A stretch of 64,000 bases of DNA from an uncultured Gemmatimonadales bacterium (GTDB lineage: Bacteria; Gemmatimonadota; Gemmatimonadetes; Gemmatimonadales; GWC2-71-9). The position numbers and the translations under genes were made by a program. How positions within the stretch are numbered: the stretch's first letter is position 1; each line of letters opens with the position of its first letter. Below are positions 41,839-51,800 of the stretch, one piece after another. The stretch lies in NCBI GenBank assembly GCA_963844035.1, contig CAWJMT010000037.1:96001-160000 (forward strand). Direction: 5' to 3'. The notes beneath the pieces are model-generated. The model had not been told where the DNA came from. It saw nothing but the letters and a program-made list of their open reading frames with translations, and did not search any database.

Positions 41839-42818
41839 CCGGCTTCGTGCAGGTTGAGGGCCTGACGAAGCGGTTTGAGGCAACGCCCGCGGTGGATGGT
41901 GTTTCGCTGAGTGTCGCCCGCGGCGAAACGGTGGCGCTCCTCGGGCCGAGCGGCAGCGGCAAGACGACGGTGCTGCGCCTGCTCGCCGGGTTCGAGACGC
42001 CCGACGCGGGACGCATCGCGGTCGAGGGTGAGGACGTCACGCGGATCGAGCCCGCGCGCCGGCGGTTCGGCATGGTGTTCCAGCACTACGCGTTGTTTCC
42101 GCACCTCGATGTGGGCGAAAATGTGGCGTTCGGACTCGGCGGCATCGCGCGCGGGAGCCGCGACAGCAAGGTCGCGGCCGCGCTGGAGCTCGTGGACCTC
42201 GCCGGCTTCGAGCGGCGCAAAGTGCAGGAGCTGTCCGGGGGGCAGCAGCAGCGGGTGGCGCTCGCGCGCGCGCTGGCGCCGGAGCCGCGGGTGCTGCTGC
42301 TCGACGAGCCGCTGTCGAACCTCGACCCCTCGCTGCGCGAGCGGACCCGCCGCGAGCTGCGCCAGCTCATCACGCGGCTTGGCATCACGACGTTGTTTGT
42401 CACGCACGAGCAGGAAGAAGCGTTTGAGCTGGGTGACCGGATCGCCGTGTTGCGGCGGGGCCGTCTCGAGCAGGTCGGCACCGCGGAGGAGCTGTACGAG
42501 CGTCCGGCGACACTGTTCGTCGCGGAGTTCGTGGGGCGGGCCAACGTGCTTCGGGACGCCGCCGCCCGCGCCTTCGGCGGGCGCGAGGGCGCGGTCACGG
42601 TGATTCGCCCGGAGCGGCTGCGGTTTGCGGGCGCCGGTGTCCCCGGTACCGTGCGCGAGCGCCGCTACACCGGCGCGGCCGCGTTCTTCCTCGTTGAGGG
42701 AGAGCACGGGGCGCGATTCGAGATCCTCGCCGCGCCCGACGCGGCGCAGGTCGGGGACCGGGTGTTTGTCGAGGCCACCCGGGTGCTGTCCTTTCCCGAC
42801 GCCGGAGCCGGCCGGTGA
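41835..42818 (+). CDS. ABC transporter ATP-binding protein (FbpC/PotA-like)
   Basis: 'GPSGSGKTT', 'VFQHYALFPHL', 'LSGGQQQRVALARAL', 'LLLDEPLSNLD'. Confidence 0.93.
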   Translation: MTGFVQVEGLTKRFEATPAVDGVSLSVARGETVALLGPSGSGKTTVLRLLAGFETPDAGRIAVEGEDVTRIEPARRRFGMVFQHYALFPHLDVGENVAFGLGGIARGSRDSKVAAALELVDLAGFERRKVQELSGGQQQRVALARALAPEPRVLLLDEPLSNLDPSLRERTRRELRQLITRLGITTLFVTHEQEEAFELGDRIAVLRRGRLEQVGTAEELYERPATLFVAEFVGRANVLRDAAARAFGGREGAVTVIRPERLRFAGAGVPGTVRERRYTGAAAFFLVEGEHGARFEILAAPDAAQVGDRVFVEATRVLSFPDAGAGR

Positions 42819-44441
42819 GGCGCCGTGGCTGGGATGCCGGCGGGGTAGCCCTCACCCTGCTGCTCGTGTGGCTGGTCGCATACCCGATCGCCATCGTCGC
42901 GGGAGAAGCCGCCAACGCCCCGGCGGTGCGCGACTTCGTCACCCGCCCCGGTGAATGGCGCGCGTTGTGGGCAAGTCTCTGGATCTCGGTGGCGAGTGTC
43001 GTCCTCGCCGCCGCGGCCGGGGTGCCGCTCGCGTTTCTGTTCGAAGGATTCGAGTTCCCGGGGCGGCGCGTGCTTGGCGCCCTGGTGGCGCTGCCGGCGG
43101 TCCTGCCGCCGCTGGTGGGTGTGATCGCGTTTCTGTTTCTCTACGGCGAGTCGGGGTTCGCGGCGCGGGCCGTACAGGGACTGCTGGGTCTCACCACGCG
43201 CTCCCTGGCACCTCGAGGGCGCCGGCGCGATCCTGCTCGTCCACGCGTACTCCATGTACGCCTACTTCTACCTGCTCACCCGGGCGGGTCTCGCCAAACT
43301 CGATGCGTCGATGCACGAAGCGGCTCAGGCGCTGGGCGCGGGTCGCTGGTCGATCTTGCGGCGCGTGACACTGCCCCTGCTCCGGCCCTCGCTGGCGGGA
43401 GCGGCGCTGCTCACGTTCATGACGGCGCTCGGCTCCTTCAGTGCGCCGTACGTGTTCGGGGGCGGGTTCCGCGTGATGCCCACGCAGATCGTCGCGTCGC
43501 GACTGAATGGAAACGGAGCGCTCGCGATGGTGGAGACCGTGGCGCTGGCGCTGGTGGCGCTCGCGGTGCTGTTGCTGCTCCGCCGGACCGAAGGGGACGA
43601 CGTGCTGGTCGCGCTGGGGAAGGGGACAGCACCCAGGCGGCGCCGGTTGCGCACCGCCGGCGCACGCGCGCTCGCGGCCGCCGCCGGATGGGCGCTGGCG
43701 CTGGTGCTGCTGCTTCCTCATCTGACGTTGCTGCTCGTCTCACTCGTTCCCTACGCCACCTGGACGACGCAGGCCCTGCCGCCGGTCTTGAGCCTCGTGA
43801 ACTACCAACGGCTCCTCGGGGAGTCCGAGCGGCTGCGGCCGCTCATCAACTCGTTGTGGATGGCGGGGGCAAGCACGGCGGGCGCGCTCGTGCTGGCGCT
43901 CGCGGCGGGGTGGCTCGTGGTCCGGCGGCGCGTCGCGCTGCGCCGCGTCATTGAAGGACTCCTCGCCCTGCCGTGGGCGCTCCCCGGCACCGTGTTCGCG
44001 ATCGCGCTCGCCACCACCTTCGGTGTTTCGCGGCCGCTGGCACTTCGCGGGGTGCTCGTGGGGACGGCCGTCATCCTGCCGCTGGCGTACCTGGTGCGCA
44101 ACCTCCCGATCGCCGGGCGGGCTATCCTCGCCGGGTACCGCCAACTCGATCCCGCGCTGGAAGAGGCGGCGGCGAGCCTCGGCGCGGGTGGCTGGGCCAC
44201 GCTGCGACGCGTGACCGTGCCGCTGCTCGGGCCGGCGCTCGCGGCCGGGGCGAGCCTCGCGTTCGTCACGGCGCTCGGTGACTTCGTCACGTCGATCGTG
44301 CTGTACACGTACGACACGCGCCCCATCGCGATGGAGATTCTCTCGAGCCTGCGCCAGAACGAGCTGGGGATCGCTGCCGCATTCGGTGTCGTGTTGATGG
44401 TTGCGAGCGCCGCGGTGCTCGGGATCGGAGCGCGCCGGTGA
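42815..44441 (+). CDS. ABC transporter permease, FbpB-type with two domains (frameshift near 43200)
   Basis: Two EAA loops: 'HEAAQALGAG' and 'EEAAASLGAG'. Confidence 0.9.
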
Positions 44442-45680
44442 AGGTCAATCCCGACCTGAAGCGCCTCGTGGTGCTGATCGCGGTCTGCTTTGTGGACATG
44501 ATCGGCCTGCTGATGATCGCGCCGCTGATCACCTTCTACGCGCTGCGGCTCGGGGGAACGCCCAGCTCCGTGGGTCCGTTGTTCAGCGCGTTCGCCGTGG
44601 CGCAGCTGCTCGCATCGCCCATTTGGGGGCGGGTGTCGGACCGATATGGGCGCCGTCCCGTGCTGCTCAGCGGGCTGTTCGCGTCGGCGATCGCCTATCT
44701 GATCTTCGGGTTCGCCGGCTCGCTCTGGCTGCTGTTCGTGTGCCGCTTTGTCCAGGGGTTCGGCGGCGGGACCACCGGCGTCGCCCAGGCATACGTCGCG
44801 GACACAATGGCGCCCGGCCAGCGGGCCAAGGCTCTCGGTTGGCTGTCCGCGGCCACCAGCCTGGGGGTCAGCATCGGGGCGGTGCTGGGATCGGTGACGC
44901 ACAAGGTGTGGGGACCGCACGGGCCGGGCCTCGCCGCCGCGGCGCTGGTGCTGGTGAACATGGCCATTCGCGTGGCGCTGGCTTCCGGAGTCGAGGGTCT
45001 ACACGCCATCAAAGCCGGCGGCCGGGGGCGCGGGCCAGCCCTCCGGCTCGTTCCAGGTCGTGGTGGGCAACGTGACCCGACCACTCTGGCAGGTGATCCG
45101 CCACCCCTTCAGCCCGGTTTCGGAGGTCATCTGGGTCTACGGGTTCGGGATGCTGGCGCTGAACGCGCTGATCGCCGTCATGTCACTGTACCTCATGCAG
45201 CGCTTCAATCTGAACGCCGACAACGTCGGCCCGGTTTACTTTGTGTTCAGCGCGGTGGGGGTTGCGATGCGGATTCACCCGGTCGGTTGGATCAACGAGC
45301 GTCTGGGCGAGGTCCGCACCATGCGCCTCGGGGCTGTGCTGCTCGGGATCGGGTTGCTGCTGATGCCGTTCCCCGCGACGCTGTGGGGATTCATGGCCTG
45401 CCTGGTCCTCGCGCCGATCGGCACGGCGCTGCTGTTCCCGGCGAGCACGGCGTTGGTCAGTCACCGGACGGATCCCAACCAGTACGGTGTGCAGATGGGG
45501 GCACAGCAGACGCTCCGCGGCCTGATGGCGATCGTGGGTCCGATCGGCGCGACGGTGGCGTTCCAGCACCTGGGGCCCGGCGCGCCGTTCTTCTTGTCCG
45601 CGGGGGTGGTTGCGCTTGCCGCCCTGGTCGCGTGGCAGGTGCGCGACGATCGGGCGGCGAAAACACCGGCGCTTCCCTGA
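44438..45680 (+). CDS. MFS transporter (TetA/DHA1-like; frameshifts near 44965-45060)
   Basis: Motif A 'GRVSDRYGRRPVLL', 'AQAYVAD'; C-terminal half in ORF 45060..45680. Confidence 0.88.
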
Positions 45681-45734
45681 CGCCGCGCCTGCGAGTGGGT
45701 ACACGTTCTCGTCACATCGGATTGCGAGGTCAGG

Positions 45735-46127
45735 ATGGTTGACAAGCTCACCGTCGAGCAGATGCAGAAGATCGAAAAGATCGAAGAGTTTCAGAAGATC
45801 ATGAACCACACGCACCACCTCGTGCAGGAGCTGGCGGCGAATCGCGCCGCTCCCGCGAAGATGCTTGCGGCGATCTGCGAGGGGATCGCGCGGGACATGA
45901 AGCAGATGCGGCAACGCGCCCTCACCGCCAACATTGGGACCATTGCCGACGTCGCGGGCGCGCTGGGCGTGATGGCGGCGCGTAGCGGGGGCCTGAGCCT
46001 GAAGATCCGCGGTCTCGAGGACGGCGTGAACAGCCTGCGGATACAGCTCGAGCATGCCCTCAAGATGGCCACCACCATCGAGAAGAAGCCTCCCGAAGCG
46101 AAAAAGCCTCCGTCACAACCGTCCTAG
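45735..46127 (+). CDS. Hypothetical alpha-helical protein
   Basis: GAGG RBS, typical codon usage, amphipathic helices; no family recognised. Confidence 0.7.
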   Translation: MVDKLTVEQMQKIEKIEEFQKIMNHTHHLVQELAANRAAPAKMLAAICEGIARDMKQMRQRALTANIGTIADVAGALGVMAARSGGLSLKIRGLEDGVNSLRIQLEHALKMATTIEKKPPEAKKPPSQPS

Positions 46128-46129
46128 CG

Positions 46130-47062
46130 GTGCCGGCGATTCACTGTCACGAGCTCATCAAGCGCTACGGCGACGTTGTCGCCGTGGCGGGGCTCGACCT
46201 CACGGTTGAAACGGGCGAGTGTTTTGGCCTGCTCGGACCGAACGGCGCCGGCAAGACAACCACGATCGAGATCCTGGAAGGCCTCACGGTGCCCGAAAGC
46301 GGCACGGTCGAGGTATTGGGCCGGTCCTGGGCCGACGGCGCCGGCGCACGCGCTCTGCGCGAGCGGCTGGGGATCCAGCTCCAGGAAACGCAGATGGCCG
46401 ACAAGCTGACGGTCGAGGAGACCATCCGGCTGTTCCGAAGCTTCTATCGCCGGTCGCACTCGGTGGACGAAGTGCTCGGCCTGGTGGAGCTCGAGGAGAA
46501 GCGCGGCTCCCGGGTGATGACGCTCTCGGGCGGGCAGAAGCAACGACTCTCGGTGGCGTGCGCCCTCGTGAGCCGGCCGGACCTCCTGTTTCTCGACGAG
46601 CCCACCACCGGCCTCGATCCCCAATCCCGGCGCCAGCTGTGGGACGTGGTCGGTCGATTTCGGGCAGCCGGGGGCACGGTGCTCCTGACGACGCATTACA
46701 TGGAAGAAGCGGAGCGGTTGTGCGATCGGGTGGCGATCATGGACCACGGACGGGTCATCGCGCAGGGAACGCCGTCCGCGCTGATTGCGTCGCTCGGTGC
46801 CGAGCACATCGTCGAGTTTGCAGTTGCGGAGGGGGCCGCGTCACCCGGGGTGGACGAGCTGGGAATGCTGCCCGGGGTGAAGGCGGTACGGCCCGGGCCC
46901 GACCGCACGGCGCTGACCGTGGGCGAGGTGCATCGAGCGGTGCCGGCGCTGCTCGCGCTGCTGGAGCACCACGGCGCCGAGCTGTCGATGCTCACGACCC
47001 ATCACGCGACGCTCGAGGACGTATTCATGTCGCTTACCGGACGGCAGCTACGGGATGCGTAA
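46130..47062 (+). CDS. ABC-2 exporter ATP-binding protein
   Basis: 'GPNGAGKTT', 'LSGGQKQR', 'FLDEPTTGLDP', 'TTHYMEEAERLCDRV'. Confidence 0.93.
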   Translation: MPAIHCHELIKRYGDVVAVAGLDLTVETGECFGLLGPNGAGKTTTIEILEGLTVPESGTVEVLGRSWADGAGARALRERLGIQLQETQMADKLTVEETIRLFRSFYRRSHSVDEVLGLVELEEKRGSRVMTLSGGQKQRLSVACALVSRPDLLFLDEPTTGLDPQSRRQLWDVVGRFRAAGGTVLLTTHYMEEAERLCDRVAIMDHGRVIAQGTPSALIASLGAEHIVEFAVAEGAASPGVDELGMLPGVKAVRPGPDRTALTVGEVHRAVPALLALLEHHGAELSMLTTHHATLEDVFMSLTGRQLRDA

Positions 47063-48086
47063 CCACCCCCTGGTGCAGCTCACGTTGGCGCGGGCGCGCG
47101 AGTTCTACCGCGAGCCGGAAGCGGTGTTCTGGGTATTCGGCTTCCCGGTCGTGCTGGCGTTCGCGCTGGGGATCGCGTTCCGGAACCACGGGCCCGACAC
47201 GCTGCAGATCGGCGTCGCCCGGGGTGAGGGCGATTCGAGCGTGGCGGCGGTGATCGACCGCTCTCCCAGCCTTGCGGCGCGGGTGCTCGATTCGAGCGAG
47301 GCGCAGGTGGCGCTGCGTGCCGGCCGCATTGCGCTGCTGGTGGTGCCGGGCGAGCCGCTGGCATACCGCTTCGACACGACCCGGGCCGAGAGCCGGCTCG
47401 CCCGGCTGCAAGTCAACGACCTCGTACAGGAGGGCCGCGGCCGGCGGGACCCCGCCGCGATCCGCGACGAGCCGGTGACAACGCCGGGGTCGCGCTACAT
47501 TGATTTTCTCATTCCCGGACTGCTCGGCATGAACCTGATGGGCAGCGGGCTGTGGGGTGTGGGATTCTCCGTGGTCACGGCGCGGTCGAAGAAGCTGCTC
47601 AAGCGGTTCATGGCCACGCCGATGCGCAAGAGCGACTACCTGCTCGCGTTCATTCTCTCGCGGCTCATGTTCCTGGTGCTCGAGATCGCGGCGCTGGTCG
47701 GGTTCGGATGGTTGATGTTCGGTGTGGGTGTGCGAGGCTCGATGATGACACTCGCAACCATCACGATACTCGGCGCGCTCTGCTTTGCCGGCCTGGGCCT
47801 CCTGGTCGCCAGCCGCGCCCGGACCGTGGAGGCGGTGTCGGGTCTCGCGAACATGGTGATGCTGCCGATGTGGATCCTGTCGGGCACGTTCTTTTCCTAT
47901 GCCCGCTTTCCGGAGGCGATGCTCCCGTGGGTGCGGGCGCTCCCGCTCACCGCCCTGAACGATGCGTTGCGTGGCGTGATGATCGAGGGGGCGTCTCTGG
48001 TCTCACTTTCGCAGCCGCTACTGGTCGTAACTATATGGGGCATAGCGAGTTTTGTCGTTGCGCTCCAAATCTTCCGCTGGCGTTAA
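47055..48086 (+). CDS. ABC-2 exporter permease
   Basis: 'REPEAVFWVFGFP', 'RYIDFLIPGLLGM', 'LKRFMATP', 'LPLTALNDALR'. Confidence 0.9.
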   Translation: MRNHPLVQLTLARAREFYREPEAVFWVFGFPVVLAFALGIAFRNHGPDTLQIGVARGEGDSSVAAVIDRSPSLAARVLDSSEAQVALRAGRIALLVVPGEPLAYRFDTTRAESRLARLQVNDLVQEGRGRRDPAAIRDEPVTTPGSRYIDFLIPGLLGMNLMGSGLWGVGFSVVTARSKKLLKRFMATPMRKSDYLLAFILSRLMFLVLEIAALVGFGWLMFGVGVRGSMMTLATITILGALCFAGLGLLVASRARTVEAVSGLANMVMLPMWILSGTFFSYARFPEAMLPWVRALPLTALNDALRGVMIEGASLVSLSQPLLVVTIWGIASFVVALQIFRWR

Positions 48087-48112
48087 CGGGGCGGGTTCAC
48101 CAAATTCGTCCC

Positions 48113-48352
48113 GTGACAGTACACGAATTGGACGGCCTTTTCCTCGTGGAGCGACGGCTGCGGACCGATCGCCGCATTGGACTGCAGCGCCGCATCGGCG
48201 ACCGCCGGCAGCAAACGGCGGAGGTCCCGGTGGAGCGCCGCGCGGTAGTGATGCGCCGTGGTGTCCGCGACCGGCGCAGCGACCAACCGCGCCGAGTCCA
48301 AATCGCGCGACTCAATTTCTTGCCGGCGATTTCTCCGGACTCAAGCGTCTAG
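48113..48352 (+). CDS. Small [DE]RR-repeat protein A
   Basis: MTVHELDGLFLVERRLRTDRRIGLQRRIGDRRQQTAEVPVERRAVVMRRGVRDRRSDQPRR...; start uncertain; paralogous to 48560..48790. Confidence 0.55.
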   Translation: MTVHELDGLFLVERRLRTDRRIGLQRRIGDRRQQTAEVPVERRAVVMRRGVRDRRSDQPRRVQIARLNFLPAISPDSSV

Positions 48353-48396
48353 CGTCGGGTTAGGCGCCGGGGGAAACCTGCGGCATTCTTGTTACA

Positions 48397-48412
48397 AGTG
48401 ACTTTCCTCACA
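48397..48412. promoter_or_regulatory. CRP/FNR-family-like binding site
   Basis: AGTGA-ctttcc-TCACA versus consensus TGTGA-N6-TCACA, in an AT-richer intergenic gap. Confidence 0.5.
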
Positions 48413-48559
48413 CGGTGCGACGCCCTCGTCCAATCGCGTCGGAGTTGAATCCGCACTAGCCAAGCGGACCAGACGCCCGTAATTTTTTCCGAACGATTCG
48501 CGACTCGGGTGACCGTCGGTCGTCCGTGGATCGTCGACAACCAACATGGGCAACCAACT

Positions 48560-48790
48560 GTGGCGTCTCGACGCAAGATCGCCGACCGCCGTACTCGTTC
48601 CGATCGCCGCTCGCAGGTGGACCGAAGGGCGGGGGCGGAGCGCCGTCAGCAGACGCTCACCCCACCCATTGAGCGCCGGGCCGGCTCGGACCGCCGCACT
48701 GGGGAACGACGCGCCGTCGAGCGCCGTGTGCTCGTTACCCGTCGTGTTCTTGGTGAGCGCCGCCGAATCTCCCCCGCTGTCCTCGCGTAG
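48560..48790 (+). CDS. Small [DE]RR-repeat protein B
   Basis: MASRRKIADRRTRSDRRSQVDRRAGAERRQQTLTPPIERRAGSDRRTGERRAVERRVLVTRRVLGERRRISPAVLA (nine [DE]RR); start could be 48509. Confidence 0.65.
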   Translation: MASRRKIADRRTRSDRRSQVDRRAGAERRQQTLTPPIERRAGSDRRTGERRAVERRVLVTRRVLGERRRISPAVLA

Positions 48791-48865
48791 GACCAGCACC
48801 CGTCGACCGGCTCGCGGCGGACTCCTCCTCTGGCCCGAGTGCCGTACCCTCGCTGAACAACGTTA

Positions 48866-51800
48866 CTAGAACCGGGCTCGCCAGAATGCTGCCGCCGTCG
48901 GGAACAACTTCTCGGTGAGTGTGGCCGAGAGGGTGACGAACACCCCGTGCCCGCCGCGCACCGAGAAATCGGGATCGGTCAGGTCGCCGAAACGATACCC
49001 GGTCGCGATCTCGAGGCCGGTGACAGGCCGCAGGGCAAGGGTGGGCGACGCATCCCACCGTGTGGCACCGCTCGATCGCTCGATCAGCAACCGGCCGTCA
49101 CCGCGTACGCTCATCCAGGGGCTCAGGGTGACGTTCAGGCGGCTGCCCACGTAGTCCGCCCAGGCGACGAGGGCCTGGGGTGCCCCGTCCGGGTACACGC
49201 CCTGGGTCTCGGTGCGGCGCATCGCGTAGCGGGTGCCGACCTCGAGCTGCGGAGCCGGCGTCCAAATCATCTCGGCCGCCGCGATCGCCCGTTGCTCGAC
49301 TCCCTGGGAAACGAGCACGCCGCCGCCGATCGGGTTGCGGGCATCGGTCCACTGGAACTTCGCGAGCATGTTGAGGCGATCGCTGTGCGCCGGCCGGAAC
49401 GCGAGGCCCCACAGGCTCGACAGCTGGCGGGACAGCGGCGCGCCGGGCAACGCGTTCTGGGAGAACTGTTGCCGGGTGAGCAGGGCAAGCGACGCATCGA
49501 ACGAGACGTCGCCGACCACGGTGGCGAGACGGCTCGACTGCAACAGGCCGTCCTTGTACTCGCCGCGGGCGCTCAGCCGGTACGGCGCGTGCGCGGGCAG
49601 TAACTCCATGCCGGCACCGAACGACCAGTAGTCGTCCTCGGGCTGGAGGAAGGGCAGGGCCCGGACGGGATCGGTGACGGACGCGCTGCCGACACCCATC
49701 CGGCGCTCGAACATCACGTTGACCGCCAGGTCGGACCCCAGCTGCAGCCGGTTGCGCAGACCCACCAGCGCGGCGTTGCCCGCGCCGTTGATGCCGCCGC
49801 TCAACTGGTAGCTGCCCCACGCCTCGGTCCCGTGTCCCACGCCCGCGCGCACGCCGACGCTCGAGATCGAATACCGAGTCTGGCTGTCGGGTCGCGACAC
49901 GAACCGCTGGCCGGCCTCGAGCGCCACGGCCGGAGAAAGGTGATAGGCCCCGCCGACCCCCCAGAAATCGGGCGCGAGCTCCTGGCCGTCGAGGCTCAGG
50001 TGGCGCCGCGCTTCCGTCCAGAGCTGCAGGTGCTGGTCCTTTACCCACTTCGCCTTGAGGTCGGCCGTAGTCGCCTCGCTCAACCCGAGCCCGGTTACCA
50101 AGGCACCCGCTACCTGTTCGTTCGTGACCCCCGCGTCCAGCTGCACGTCGCGCAACAGGGGTTGCACCAGGCTCACGCGGCTGCGCTCGCGCTCGATTCC
50201 CTGCAGCGTGAACTGCTGGCTCGAGTGCTCGGCACGCAGCTCCGTCGCGCCGAGCCTCAGGCCGCTCTTGAGGTTTACTTCGGTGAGCCCGGGCTGCAGC
50301 GCAACGTTGGCCGGGTTCGTGAATTCGCGGTCGATCCGCATGTAGCCCGCCCCGATCGTCCAGGCGCCGTTGAACAGGCGATAGCCTACTCGCGCCAGCG
50401 TTCCGAAGCCGGCGGAGTCGCCGCGCTCTGCGTACGCCACTTCGGCGGACGCGTCGAGTCCACCGAAGCGCACCGCGCGCAGGTCGCCGCCCACCAACCG
50501 GTAGCCGCCCCCCGCCTGGTCGGCGCTCACCGCGGTAAGCCCGATCCGCATCGAATCCAGCCGCACGCCGCCCGCGAGCCGCCGCACGTCCAGCGCCGCC
50601 CGGCCGCCGGCGACGAACCGCTGGTCCCCGCCCGACGCCGCCTCGAAGGTGGCGACGATGAACACCGGATTGCCGCCTCCGTCCGCCGCAGGAATCGGCT
50701 GCTTGAACAGCACCACGCCGCCGCTGTAGTTGATCTCGTAGTCCACGAAGCGGGTCAGCGCCTGCGTGGCCACGGCGCGCTCGGGATTCGCGACGTCGCG
50801 CGTCTCGATGCGCAGATGCTCGGTGCCCGGCAGGATATCGGGGGCAAGCGTGTAGGGACCGGAGACGCCCGCGCCCCGGATCTGCAGCTGCCGCAGCGCC
50901 TGCGCGGTCAGGCTCCCGAAGCCGCTCCACGTCACGGCGCCGGTGCTGACGCGCGCGGCCAGACCCGTCACGGCGCGCCCGTACTGCGCGAGGGTCAGGC
51001 CGCGCGCGAAATCCGCGGTGGCGAGATCGCCGAACGCCGCCCAATCGAAGCCCCGCTCGAGCCGGGCCGAGAGCCAGGTGCCCGACGCCGTGCGGGTCTC
51101 GAGTTGACTCGCGTCCCCGAGGATCGGGTACTCCGACTCCTTCAAGGGGTCCACGCTGCGGCCGAACGCATCCTGTCCGTCGCGCAGCCGTCGAGAGTCG
51201 AGGCCGAGCGTGAGCGACGTCCGCGCGTCGAGCTGCCCGCGCGCGGTGATCGCCCCGTAGGCGTCGGGGCTCGCGCCCACCCCCACGAGCCCCGAGCCGG
51301 TCAGCGTGAGGGGCCGCACGGCGGGGAGGATCTCGAGCGGCAGGGCGATCGTGGCGTCGCCCGACTTGAGTTCGAGCTCCCCGTGCCTGACTTCGCGGCC
51401 GGGCCGCAGGCTGACCATCAGCCAGCCGGAAGAGTCGGACAAGACTTGCGTCCCGACCGAGGACGGGTCCGCATCTCGCCCCATCGGCTCTGCGCCGCCG
51501 GCGCTCACCGTCACGTACGCCGGCTGCACCACCGGCACCCCCCAGGCGTCGAGCACACGCACCTTCGTGCTCGCGACCGTGCGCCCGTCCGCCTGCAGCG
51601 TGAGCGGACCCGCGCTCGCCGCGAATTGGACCGGGAGACCGGTCACGTGGACGGCCACGCTGTCCCAGCGCTCGCCGCCCCAGGAGTTCTTCGCGCGCAC
51701 GCGCAGCAGATGCGGGCCCCGCGCGAGCGGCACCGCGACGAAGTCGTACACGCCGTCGACGCGGACCTGAGCCGAATCGACCGCTGTGGCGCCGTCGTAC

